Positions 17,617-26,484 of a stretch of DNA of 64,000 nucleotides are shown here, piece by piece. Position 1 is the first letter of the stretch, and each line of letters begins with the position of its first letter. The notes under the pieces were generated by a model, which saw only the letters and a program-made list of their open reading frames with translations, did no database searches and was not told the origin of the DNA. The DNA is taken from NCBI GenBank assembly GCA_020632535.1, contig JACKFJ010000004.1, positions 105,514-169,513 of the forward strand, written 5' to 3'. This stretch comes from Candidatus Omnitrophota bacterium. Its GTDB lineage: Bacteria > Omnitrophota > Gorgyraeia > Zapsychrales > JANLHA01. Made by a program: the position numbers and the translations under genes.

Positions 17617-18471
17617 TTAGAACGAAAAACTACTCTTAACACCACCAAAGAACTTGGATTCTTGATTACCAATATTTTTGTCCTCCAAGTCACCCATTGT
17701 GATGTTGTAACCTATTGTTGGGGTGACAGTTATACTTGAGGTAAGTGGAAGATTAACACCAAGAGTTGGCGTCAAATGTGAGCCTTGGCCGGAAAGCCAC
17801 TGCCCATCAATATAACCGTATGTCGCGCCTAGTTCCAAACTGACATCATATTCTGGAAGCAAAGGCACGCTGTGAGCAATGCTAAATGCCCAATAATTGC
17901 CGCTTTTATCAGTATTAAGGGTCTTTCCATCTTCATAATCATGGAAAAAAGTCACACTTGGACTCAAAAGTGTTGCTAAAGCTAAACTTACAGAAAATTC
18001 CTTAGATGATGTACTTCCACCGGGAAATTCGTACCACGTATGACCAGCAGAAATTGTAACAGGTTCAAAAGTGTGTGAATAAGAAATATAATAATCACTT
18101 TCCTGTGAATTTAATGTATCTGATGTTGAACCCATCGGTAAACTGCCCCAATACCCAACAGTAACGCCGTAAGAGGAAAAGCTGATCCCCGGCTGGACAA
18201 CAGGGTCAGTGTCCAAATACTGCCCACGCCAAACGTATTTATCGTAAAAATCCAAAGTCGCACTAGACGTAATCTCAATTCCCTTTTCCTTTAAAAAATC
18301 CCCGAAAAGAGTTTTTGATTCAGCGTCCTGAGCAAAACTTTTTGTGGTCACACCTAAAATGATGGTACACAAGAAAAGAAAACTTGCCAATTTTGTAAAA
18401 TTAACTCTAAACATGACTAAACCTCCTTGATGTTGAATATTAATTGATTTTACAGAGCGAGTGTCGGTCAT
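17617..18471 (-). CDS. outer-membrane beta-barrel porin (TorF/Gcw_chp TIGR02001-like)
   Basis: Signal peptide from M20 (MFRVNFTKLASFLFL...SFAQD; alternative start at 18414). LDFYDKYVWRGQYL and alternating beta-strand pattern are present. The C-terminal residue is F. Confidence 0.65.
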   Translation of the reverse strand: MTDTRSVKSINIQHQGGLVMFRVNFTKLASFLFLCTIILGVTTKSFAQDAESKTLFGDFLKEKGIEITSSATLDFYDKYVWRGQYLDTDPVVQPGISFSSYGVTVGYWGSLPMGSTSDTLNSQESDYYISYSHTFEPVTISAGHTWYEFPGGSTSSKEFSVSLALATLLSPSVTFFHDYEDGKTLNTDKSGNYWAFSIAHSVPLLPEYDVSLELGATYGYIDGQWLSGQGSHLTPTLGVNLPLTSSITVTPTIGYNITMGDLEDKNIGNQESKFFGGVKSSFSF

Positions 18472-18499
18472 TTTTTCTCCTTTCCTGTTTTAAAAAATA

Positions 18500-18537
18500 A
18501 AAAAGCCCTCGACCGAAAATATTCGATCAAGGGCGAC
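18500..18537 (-). terminator. terminator-like hairpin inside the porin 5' leader
   Basis: The minus strand reads gcccttgatcgaatattttcggtcgagggcUUUUUU. It lies between the predicted promoter (TTGACA at 18641-18646) and the RBS. Confidence 0.5.
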
Positions 18538-18612
18538 TTTGCCCAATCTGGCCGCGACATCCGCAGCTGAAAAAACTTCAATGTTTTTTCTACAAACTTC
18601 TTGTAACGCTTT

Positions 18613-18646
18613 TAATATTAGCGTGAGGATTTATTTTGTCAACAGC
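18613..18646 (-). promoter_or_regulatory. promoter for the porin leader
   Basis: Minus strand: TTGACA, 17 bp, TAATAT. Confidence 0.45.
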
Positions 18647-18663
18647 ATTTTTAAAACAGTTTC

Positions 18664-18697
18664 TTGACAAAAAGCACCTAATATATATAATTCCCTT
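18664..18697 (+). promoter_or_regulatory. promoter for the PEP-CTERM genes
   Basis: Plus strand: TTGACA (18664-18669) followed about 17 bp later by an AT-rich -10 (ATATATAAT region). Confidence 0.4.
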
Positions 18698-18739
18698 GCT
18701 TTTGCTTTATATTAACCAACATTCATAAAGGTTCGCGTC

Positions 18740-19267
18740 ATGAAAAAAATCCTTTTGGTATTTGTTCTACCGTTTGTCGTTCTATCGTTTGTCGTCGCAA
18801 AAGCCGAAGCGTTGGATTACAACACCGCATACATGGTCACTGATAATAACAGCCTCACATTGAGCGTCGACGGATCCGGTGATTATTCCTACACAACAAA
18901 TCAAACACCATGGGTTTATTTAAAACTCAAACTCAGCGAGCTTAACTTAACCGCGCCGCTAAATGTTTTGTGGAGCTGGTCGAGCTTTTCTAACACTTCT
19001 ATCAACGAAACCAAACTCGAACACATTAGTCTTGCCGGATTAAGCACAGACAAAGAAGTTTGGAGTGCCGCTCCAGAACCGTGGTGGTCAGCCAATGGCG
19101 GAACCGGCAAATGGACCGTCGATGTTGCCTGGCTTAACGCACATGGCGCCTACGGAACCAGCACAGCAAATTTTAATGTCACTCCTGAACCCCTCAGCAG
19201 CGCATTATTATTATTCGGCGGTGTTCCGTTAGCAGCCGCATTGTTACGCAAAAAGAAAACAGTATAA
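18740..19267 (+). CDS. PEP-CTERM sorting-domain secreted protein
   Basis: Signal peptide. The C-terminus (VTPEPLSSALLLFGGVPLAAALLRKKKTV) has the PEP motif, a TM segment and a basic tail. Confidence 0.85.
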   Translation: MKKILLVFVLPFVVLSFVVAKAEALDYNTAYMVTDNNSLTLSVDGSGDYSYTTNQTPWVYLKLKLSELNLTAPLNVLWSWSSFSNTSINETKLEHISLAGLSTDKEVWSAAPEPWWSANGGTGKWTVDVAWLNAHGAYGTSTANFNVTPEPLSSALLLFGGVPLAAALLRKKKTV

Positions 19268-19292
19268 AAAAAAATTTGTTCTCGTATTTAAA

Positions 19293-19328
19293 AGGGTGCT
19301 TGTCAAAAACAGGCACCCTCTTTTATTT
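19293..19328 (+). terminator. intrinsic terminator or attenuator after the first PEP-CTERM gene
   Basis: gggtgc (19294-19299) pairs with gcaccc (19313-19318), followed by cttttatttg. Confidence 0.5.
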
Positions 19329-19360
19329 GTCTAAAAAAACCACAACAAAGGAGAATCACA

Positions 19361-19951
19361 ATGCGCAAAACCATCGTAAAACTCAGTATTTTAACCATCT
19401 GCACATTTTTGCTTATTTCAGCAAAAGCTCACGCCCTCAATTATGAAACAGCGTACATGGTCAGAGATAATAACAGCCGCATTCTCAGCCTTGATGCCGC
19501 CGGTGATTACAGCTATAACGCTGGCGAAACACCTTGGGTCTATATTAAATTCCAGCTTGCCGATCTAGCGATTGACTCCCCATTGCACATGCTTTGGGTT
19601 TGGTCCTCTAACGATGATCCCGATATCACTGAATCCAAAGTACAAAGTTTTTCACTTTCAAGCCTCAACACTGACAAAGAACTTTGGAGCTCAGCTCCGC
19701 AACCGTGGTGGAATAATAACGGCGGACCCGGACAATGGCACGTAGATGTCAATTGGTTTAATGTTCACGGAACAAATGGAATCAGTTCAGCCAATTTCAC
19801 ATCTTGCCCAAGCGGTGGAATCGCCGGCAGAGTCGCACCTTGCGGACCAGTTGGCCCGGTTGTGACCCCTGAACCTTTAAGCACCACACTCTTTTTGCTT
19901 GGCGGCGTCCCGCTTCTCGCGGCAATTCGCAAAAAGCAAAAAACAGTTTAA
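19361..19951 (+). CDS. PEP-CTERM sorting-domain secreted protein (paralog)
   Basis: Shares the YxTAYMV.DNNS and PWW motifs with 18740..19267. The C-terminus is VTPEPLSTTLFLLGGVPLLAAIRKKQKTV. Confidence 0.85.
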   Translation: MRKTIVKLSILTICTFLLISAKAHALNYETAYMVRDNNSRILSLDAAGDYSYNAGETPWVYIKFQLADLAIDSPLHMLWVWSSNDDPDITESKVQSFSLSSLNTDKELWSSAPQPWWNNNGGPGQWHVDVNWFNVHGTNGISSANFTSCPSGGIAGRVAPCGPVGPVVTPEPLSTTLFLLGGVPLLAAIRKKQKTV

Positions 19952-19975
19952 TTTTGAAGCGTTAACAACTAAGAT

Positions 19976-20005
19976 AAGGGGCATGTCCCCAAGGACGTGC
20001 CCCTT
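19976..20005 (+). other. strong hairpin between the PEP-CTERM gene and the exosortase gene
   Basis: aaggggcatgtcc-ccaa-ggacgtgcccctt forms an 11-bp stem with one G-U pair. There is no U-run. Confidence 0.4.
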
Positions 20006-20030
20006 AGTTGAAATTGGGATAACACTCATT

Positions 20031-20864
20031 ATGTTCACAAAATATTTCAAACACTTTCCTACTATTTTGCCTTGGGTTCTAGTCGCAGGGCTTTACGCGC
20101 CGGTCTTTCTTGTGCTCTATCAAGAACGCTGGGAAATGGTGGATTACGGACACGCTCCATTTATTTTACCGCTCGCACTTTTTATCGTTTGGCTCAAAAG
20201 AAAACAACTCGCCACAATCGCCCAAAACTCACAGCCCAATTTTTACATTCCCGGATTTGTCCTGATTATTTTCAGCTCATTTCTCTTTACGTTCGGCTGG
20301 CGCTGGGATTATCTTTTGATTCAAACAATTTCACTCATTCCGCTTCTCGCAGGACTCATCAGTTTTCTTTACGGACCCAAAATGATACGGCCGTTGATTT
20401 TTCCAATTCTCTACCTGTTTCTTCTTGTACCACCACCAATCGGCATTTTAGATAGCATCACGCTCCCAATGCGGCATTTTGCATCCGCCGCGACCGAAGT
20501 GATTCTGCAAATCTTTCAATACCCCGTTTCACGAACCGGACTGCTCCTCTATTTAGGCGACCACGAAATCTTTCTCGGCGCGCCCTGCAGCGGCTTTCGT
20601 TCACTGATTACCATGTTTTCACTCGGACTTATTTACGTTTATTTTAATAAAGGAGCATGGACCAAAAATTTGATTCTGATTTTGGCCATTATCCCGCTTG
20701 CGCTCATCGGAAACATCATCCGCGTCATCGCAATATGTCTTCTAACATATTATTTTGGCGAGAAAGTCGGACAAGGATTTTTACATGATTTTAGCGGCAT
20801 GCTGGTTTTTCTAATCATGATTATCGGCCTCATGGGATTAGAAAAACTAATACGAAAAAAATAA
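20031..20864 (+). CDS. exosortase (EpsH/Xrt family)
   Basis: Polytopic membrane protein with the catalytic-type motifs GAPCSGFRSL (Cys), IGNIIRV (Arg) and HDFSGMLVF (His). ATG at 20031 (MFTKYFKH). Confidence 0.85.
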   Translation: MFTKYFKHFPTILPWVLVAGLYAPVFLVLYQERWEMVDYGHAPFILPLALFIVWLKRKQLATIAQNSQPNFYIPGFVLIIFSSFLFTFGWRWDYLLIQTISLIPLLAGLISFLYGPKMIRPLIFPILYLFLLVPPPIGILDSITLPMRHFASAATEVILQIFQYPVSRTGLLLYLGDHEIFLGAPCSGFRSLITMFSLGLIYVYFNKGAWTKNLILILAIIPLALIGNIIRVIAICLLTYYFGEKVGQGFLHDFSGMLVFLIMIIGLMGLEKLIRKK

Positions 20865-20867
20865 TAG

Positions 20868-20897
20868 ATTCCCGACAGAAGATTTCGGGGATGACAA
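20868..20897. repeat. single hairpin repeat unit (cccga..tcgggg family)
   Basis: attcccgacagaagatttcggggatgac is the same family as the units at 36.6, 44.5, 59.8 and 61.1 kb. Confidence 0.6.
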
Positions 20898-20921
20898 AAT
20901 CAATAGTATGACACCACTTAT

Positions 20922-21566
20922 ATGAAAAATTTACGCTTCCATATCGCATCGCTCATTTTGATCGTGACGATCATCGTTGCCTTTACTTTGCCCAAGCCCA
21001 AATATCAAGGGACATCGATTCTACAAGATCTTAATATGCCATTTACACTTGGCAATCAATGGCAAAGTGTGGATTACACCAACAATTTGAGTACAACCAA
21101 AGATGACCGATTCAATTTTCTAAGCGGCGCCTTTGCCCGCATTTACGGCACACAAGACGGCAAAAGCCTATTGTTTCTTATTCTCGACGCTGGCAACTTC
21201 CATCATCCTCAACTATGTTATGGCGGTTCAGGATTTAAAACCAAAGAATTATCGCTTACCGAATTGACAACACAAAACAAAGCAGTCAAAGTCCGCACAT
21301 TCTTAGCCAAAAAAGATTCGGGAGAAACAATTGTCGTGATGTATTGGATGGTCATCAATAAACAAAAAGTGGATTGGACCGAGCAAAAATTTGCGCAATT
21401 GTGGCATTCGCTGTTTAACAAAAAACAAGTTGGCCTGATGACACGGTTAGACATTCCTGTCTCCGAAAACAAAATTGACGACGCTGTCACACTTGGACAA
21501 AAATTTATTAAAGATTTAACGAAGAATTTGTCGAACGAAAAGCAAGAGTGGATGTTTGGTAGGTAA
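20922..21566 (+). CDS. exosortase-associated EpsI family protein
   Basis: Single N-terminal TM segment, about 210 aa, HHPQLCYGGSGF motif, and position immediately after the exosortase gene. Confidence 0.7.
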   Translation: MKNLRFHIASLILIVTIIVAFTLPKPKYQGTSILQDLNMPFTLGNQWQSVDYTNNLSTTKDDRFNFLSGAFARIYGTQDGKSLLFLILDAGNFHHPQLCYGGSGFKTKELSLTELTTQNKAVKVRTFLAKKDSGETIVVMYWMVINKQKVDWTEQKFAQLWHSLFNKKQVGLMTRLDIPVSENKIDDAVTLGQKFIKDLTKNLSNEKQEWMFGR

Positions 21567-21568
21567 TT

Positions 21569-22594
21569 TTATTGCTTTGCCCGCTTAATCATAAAATCAA
21601 TATTTTCATTTGAATTCCGAACAATGATATTTTTCTGCGGAAATTTTTTCTGCCAAACTCTAAAAATCTCATCAGCAAAGGCCTGCCCAATGCCATTTAT
21701 CTCAGTAAAATCTAAGATCAATGTTTCAAAAGATTCCAAACCACTCAAAATTCGTCGCGCTTGAGACCGAGACACATAATCCTGTCCCATCTTAAACAAA
21801 CGAACATTAACCTGTGTCTTACTAAATTCAAACGCGTCATTTGAAAAACTCCGAAAAATATCTTCTAAATGCCGCTTTGATTCAAGAGAAAGGGCAAACA
21901 TGACTTTTGTCCCTTTGACTTGAGCACAATCACTAACGACCACATCGTCAAGAACATTATCAAAAAGCACACGTTTTTGTGAACTTTTAATAATTAGACG
22001 GTCTGCCACCTTGGATGTAAAAAAAATCCCTTCCCCACTGTGCGCTTCAGGTGCAGTCGTCTGCTTACCTTTTAAAAGCTCACCGATTGCATCTAAAGCC
22101 GTAGCAAGTTTTCGCTGTCTCATAATATTATTAAAAATCCCAATCCCCTGATCTCCAACGGTAAAATGCAAACTCTGGGGCAGACGCTCAACCTTCACAT
22201 CTACCGTTTTCGACAACGAATGTTCGATCGCATTATTCAACATTTCCGTAAAAGCATAGTTAAAAATCTTTGTAATATTCGCAGGTAAGCCAAGCAAAAT
22301 CCCCGTAGAACTTTTGACCCGATCTAAAATCTTGTCCTCTTCCAATTTCTCATTCTTTAATAAAAAGTGGACTTCCAAGACACCTTTATTCACCTTATTG
22401 ATCGCATCCAATGTCGCAGGAACATACTGAGATTTGTTGGCTTTTCCAACCAGAATGATCTTACCCTCGTCAACTAATTGCCTAAACATCCGATTCAGAT
22501 AAGTACGGCTCAGGCCGGTTTTGAGAGCAATCTCGCGCACGGTCACATGTCCGTTTTTTTGTATTTTACTTAAAATCATTTCTGGAATATTCAC
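21569..22594 (-). CDS. regulator: N-terminal winged HTH + GHKL-type ATPase-like region + C-terminal STAS-like DUF4325
   Basis: HTH (VTVREIALKTGLSRTYLNRMFRQL), NNAIEHS / DQGIGIF / GEGIFF (an anti-sigma-kinase-like ATP-binding fold), and C-terminal ILDFTEINGIGQAFADEIFRVW. Confidence 0.6.
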   Translation of the reverse strand: MNIPEMILSKIQKNGHVTVREIALKTGLSRTYLNRMFRQLVDEGKIILVGKANKSQYVPATLDAINKVNKGVLEVHFLLKNEKLEEDKILDRVKSSTGILLGLPANITKIFNYAFTEMLNNAIEHSLSKTVDVKVERLPQSLHFTVGDQGIGIFNNIMRQRKLATALDAIGELLKGKQTTAPEAHSGEGIFFTSKVADRLIIKSSQKRVLFDNVLDDVVVSDCAQVKGTKVMFALSLESKRHLEDIFRSFSNDAFEFSKTQVNVRLFKMGQDYVSRSQARRILSGLESFETLILDFTEINGIGQAFADEIFRVWQKKFPQKNIIVRNSNENIDFMIKRAKQ

Positions 22595-22626
22595 AAACCC
22601 TCCTCATGTTGACAACTTAAGTATAT

Positions 22627-22731
22627 ATTAGATTTATAAAGTCGTCAACAAGTCGTCTCTAATCGGAGTGGGAAACTTATGAACAACTTGTAGACAACTT
22701 ATTAGATTTAATATGATCTAAAGTCGTCAAC
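22627..22731. promoter_or_regulatory. direct repeats upstream of the regulator gene
   Basis: ATTAGATTTA..AAAGTCGTCAAC occurs twice (22627-22649 and 22701-22731). Additional GTCGTC/ACAACTT copies lie between them. Confidence 0.35.
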
Positions 22732-22743
22732 TTAATGGGACAA

Positions 22744-24780
22744 CTATATGCGGATACGATATACAGATCCAGCGTAGCGAGAAATATATAAATATTCACC
22801 TTCAGAATCAAAAGCCACAGCCGCCGTGCCCGCGCCCGGCGGGAGATCACCAGAAATATCTTCCCATGATTTACCCGCATTGCGACTTAAGTAGATTTTT
22901 TGCGGCGCGGCATTGCCCCAATGCACCGTACTCACAACAACAATGTTAGGTTCTTTGGGGGATGTTACAATCGCGTCCGTCGCGGCAGAATCACTCGGCA
23001 AAAAGTCGCCAGCCTTTTTCCAACTGTCGCCTTGGTTTTTCGAAACATATACCGCCGGCCCTTTGCTCGCAGCCGCCGCGTACAAAGTCCCATCAGAACT
23101 CATGTGAAGATCAAAAACCCAATCACTTCTCGAAAATACTTTCTTCCAAGTCAACCCACGATCATTTGTCCGATAAATGCCACCCTTTTTTCCACACGCA
23201 GCCCAATACAACGTATTCGAATCCTTCACATCAACGACAAGACCATTATAAATTCGCAAAGAATCAGGCTGACCGGATGAGCGTTCCCATTTATAACCAC
23301 CATTTTTAGAAATAAAAAGTCCCCCGCCATCATCACCATCGATTCCCAAATACATCATGTCTGGATTTTGGGTGTCAACTGCCAAAGCTCGAGGAAGACC
23401 TTCGCCCCACATCGTATTCTTTTTAGGACGTTTTTCCGGTAAGCCATCACGCACAATTTTAAAATGCTCGCCGTCATCATCGCTCACAATAACCTGATTC
23501 ACTTGCTTGCCCCAAAGGGATGACGTCGCGATAATTTTTTTTGCCGTAGGCACAATGACACGCCACACATGCCCCGCTTGTGCATCATCATATTTATCCG
23601 ACGGGAAAAGCGCGTGATAACTCTTTCCATTGTCGGAACTTTTTAAAAGACCATTGTCCATGGTCGCAACCAACAACGAATTTTCTGTAACATTAATATC
23701 AGAACCGACGGTGTTTGGCGCGCCAATAATCTTTTCATTCCACGTCTTTCCCCCATCATCACTGCGAAAAACCCCCCACCAGTCACTGCGAAACATCACA
23801 TCCGATCCAAAATGATAACCCCTCAAAGCCGTGAGTTTACCACTGCGGTTGGCCCACGCCCGCGTTGGATTAGACAATTGATCCGTCGTAAGTGTCGCAA
23901 CCACATTGTCCCACGTTGCCCCCTCATCATTCGAAACTAGAATCTTTCCATTCCAGCTCTTATTCTCAGCCGCAAAAATTTGCGTTGTTTTTCCCTCGCT
24001 TAAGTTTAATCGAAAAATCTTTCCCGAATGCTGTCCTTTTGCTTTTTGCCATGACTGACCTTTATCCGTCGATAAAAACATTTCGCCATGCGCGGCAACA
24101 TACATATTCCTCGGATCCATTATCGAAATCGCCAAGTCAGTCACATCTTCCAAATCCGCGTTGACCGCAGACCACGTCTGAGTGGTCAAATCATATACCT
24201 GCAAACCCGACGAGCCACCGGCAAAAACTTTTGTCATCGTGTTATCAAACATAATGACCGAAAAACTCTTCTGTTGACTCTTCTCAAAAACATTCCAATT
24301 TTTCCCGCCATTGTCCGAACACATCAATTCGCCCTGACTAGTCCCCGCGCAAATGTGCAAAGGATTTAATACCGAAACTGCCAGAGGCCGATAACTTTGC
24401 GGACGCTTGAATTTAATTTTTCTAGTATTCTCCGTCGCTGACCATGACGCGCCGGCATCCCGCGAAATATAAATACCCCCGCCTGTCGCGGCATAAAGCA
24501 CATTCGAATCCGATGGAGCTATCGCCACCGCTGCTACCATCAAATTGCCGAGACCTTGCGTGACAAAATACCAATTTTCGCCAAGATCATCACTGCGCCA
24601 AATTCCGGCGACATCAGATGTCAAATAAACACGATCGCGAACATTACGATCAATCTCAATATTGGGGAAACACCCACCGCCATACCAACCAGCGAATTCC
24701 CAATGACTCGTTTTTTGCGTTTGCGCAAAAACAGTCGTTGAGATTAAGAAACTCAACAGCAATGAAAGAAAAATCTTCAT
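22744..24780 (-). CDS. secreted BNR/Asp-box repeat protein (Sortilin-Vps10 / GH74-like beta-propellers)
   Basis: Signal peptide and at least 10 Asp-box motifs of the S-x-D-x-G-x-x-W type (SDDLGENW, SRDAGASW, SDNGGKNW, STDKGQSW, SNDEGATW, SDDGGKTW, SKNGGYKW, TNDRGLTW, SKNQGDSW, SRNAGKSW). Confidence 0.8.
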   Translation of the reverse strand: MKIFLSLLLSFLISTTVFAQTQKTSHWEFAGWYGGGCFPNIEIDRNVRDRVYLTSDVAGIWRSDDLGENWYFVTQGLGNLMVAAVAIAPSDSNVLYAATGGGIYISRDAGASWSATENTRKIKFKRPQSYRPLAVSVLNPLHICAGTSQGELMCSDNGGKNWNVFEKSQQKSFSVIMFDNTMTKVFAGGSSGLQVYDLTTQTWSAVNADLEDVTDLAISIMDPRNMYVAAHGEMFLSTDKGQSWQKAKGQHSGKIFRLNLSEGKTTQIFAAENKSWNGKILVSNDEGATWDNVVATLTTDQLSNPTRAWANRSGKLTALRGYHFGSDVMFRSDWWGVFRSDDGGKTWNEKIIGAPNTVGSDINVTENSLLVATMDNGLLKSSDNGKSYHALFPSDKYDDAQAGHVWRVIVPTAKKIIATSSLWGKQVNQVIVSDDDGEHFKIVRDGLPEKRPKKNTMWGEGLPRALAVDTQNPDMMYLGIDGDDGGGLFISKNGGYKWERSSGQPDSLRIYNGLVVDVKDSNTLYWAACGKKGGIYRTNDRGLTWKKVFSRSDWVFDLHMSSDGTLYAAAASKGPAVYVSKNQGDSWKKAGDFLPSDSAATDAIVTSPKEPNIVVVSTVHWGNAAPQKIYLSRNAGKSWEDISGDLPPGAGTAAVAFDSEGEYLYISRYAGSVYRIRI

Positions 24781-25538
24781 GAATGCTTTTTTTGGGCTAG
24801 TTTTTGTTTAAAAACAATCGGGAAGAATTGCATATCATCGACCAAATACCGTCGCCACAAACGTCCGGGTTCCATGAGAACACGCCAAAACCATTCGAGG
24901 CCAATTTTTTGCATCCACCTTGGCGCACGCTTGACCATACCGGCCGCAAACTCAAAAGACGCGCCGATGCCAATCGAGATTGGCACATTATAGCGATGAC
25001 GAAAACGATAAATCCAATTTTCCTGCTTTGGCGCGCCAAGACCGACAAAAAGAATATCCGGCTTTGCTTCCTGAATCAGGTTGATGATCTTTTCATTTTC
25101 CACATCATCTTTTTCGAAACCAAAAGGCGGGCAATACGTACCGACGACCTGTAAGCCGTGATATTTTTCACACAGATTTATTGCTGAGAGTTCGGCCGCG
25201 CCGGGACGCCCTCCCATAAAGAACAAACGAAAACCTTTTTGACTGGCGACACGACAAAGAATCGGCAAAAGATCCGAGCCAGAAATTTTTTCCTTTAGCG
25301 GCGTCCCCAAAAACTTAGCCGCCCACAATAACGGAACACCATCCGCCACATTTAAAACCGATTCATCATAAGTCCGACGGAATTCGCTGTTTTTTTGCAA
25401 TTGAACAATATGATCAACATTTGGAGTAATAATATACGTCGGTTCACGCTTGGCGATCAATTCTTCACAGCGCGTCAAAAATTCCGCAAGCGTTACATTA
25501 TCAATCGGCACACCACCGATATCAATGCGAGCGCTCAT
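24777..25538 (-). CDS. WecB/TagA/CpsF family glycosyltransferase
   Basis: ITPNVDHIV, ADGVPLLWAAKFLG, FFMGGRPG and GLGAPKQENWI motifs. Start at MSARIDIGG, overlapping the upstream stop by 4 nt. Confidence 0.85.
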   Translation of the reverse strand: MSARIDIGGVPIDNVTLAEFLTRCEELIAKREPTYIITPNVDHIVQLQKNSEFRRTYDESVLNVADGVPLLWAAKFLGTPLKEKISGSDLLPILCRVASQKGFRLFFMGGRPGAAELSAINLCEKYHGLQVVGTYCPPFGFEKDDVENEKIINLIQEAKPDILFVGLGAPKQENWIYRFRHRYNVPISIGIGASFEFAAGMVKRAPRWMQKIGLEWFWRVLMEPGRLWRRYLVDDMQFFPIVFKQKLAQKKHS

Positions 25539-26422
25539 GACTTTGTTCCTTTTTGGAATATCGCGCCAGCAAAACCTTCCGTCCAAAACCAGAGGCCAAA
25601 CAAAAAGAGTGGGAGAACACGCAAAAACTTTTGCTGATACAAAACGCCATTTCTAAGGATGCGCGACGACATCCGATAAAACTTGATCAAAACAAACATC
25701 GGCAAAAAAACAAGCGGCAACACTCCCTGATAATACCATCTTGGCAAATACTCCCGACGGTAATGCAAAATATATTGACCTAACATGATTTGATTATTAC
25801 GATACGCGCTTATCGACTCACGAAAAATGTGATACGCGCGCGCCTCAGGAACAAACCAGATGGAATTCTTTTCACGCAATCGCAAGCAAAGGACAACATC
25901 TTCAGACGCGCGCAGTGCGGGAAAACCTTTGGCTTCAAAAAAGAGTTTGCGCTCGCAAAACATATTGCACGCCGGTAAAAGTCCGATTTCCCTGCGTTGT
26001 CCAAACGGCAAAGATTCATTAAACTGCAATAATAATTGCGCCCACGCCAAATTATGCTTAGCTTGTGTTTGATGAATGTCGACGGATCCGCCTCCGACGC
26101 GACAGCCATCACCATAGGCTGCCAAAACTTTTTCCAACCAATCGGGAGCCAATACAATATCAGCGTCAATAAAGCACAATATCTCTCCCTTAGCCTCTTG
26201 CGCGCCAATATTGCGGCCTTGCGCTGGGGAAGTTTTATTTTCCAAAGAAATCACGCGAATGCCATCCAAAGCGATAACACTCAAATATTTCTTAGCCATT
26301 TCATCGTCGGAAGAATCAACAATAATAATCTCAAATGCATCGACAGACTGCGCACGCAAACTCTCAATTGTTCGCGGCAGTGTTTTTAGAGAATTATAAG
26401 ACGGGATGATAAAAGAAACCAT
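25535..26422 (-). CDS. glycosyltransferase family 2
   Basis: N-terminal SFIIPSYNS...IIVDSSDD...FIDAD (GT-A DxD) and a C-terminal TM region. Confidence 0.85.
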   Translation of the reverse strand: MVSFIIPSYNSLKTLPRTIESLRAQSVDAFEIIIVDSSDDEMAKKYLSVIALDGIRVISLENKTSPAQGRNIGAQEAKGEILCFIDADIVLAPDWLEKVLAAYGDGCRVGGGSVDIHQTQAKHNLAWAQLLLQFNESLPFGQRREIGLLPACNMFCERKLFFEAKGFPALRASEDVVLCLRLREKNSIWFVPEARAYHIFRESISAYRNNQIMLGQYILHYRREYLPRWYYQGVLPLVFLPMFVLIKFYRMSSRILRNGVLYQQKFLRVLPLFLFGLWFWTEGFAGAIFQKGTKS

Positions 26423-26484
26423 GGGGTCAATTTATACACTTACACATCGATTGTCAAGCGTATCAAAAATTGGGCACCACAACC

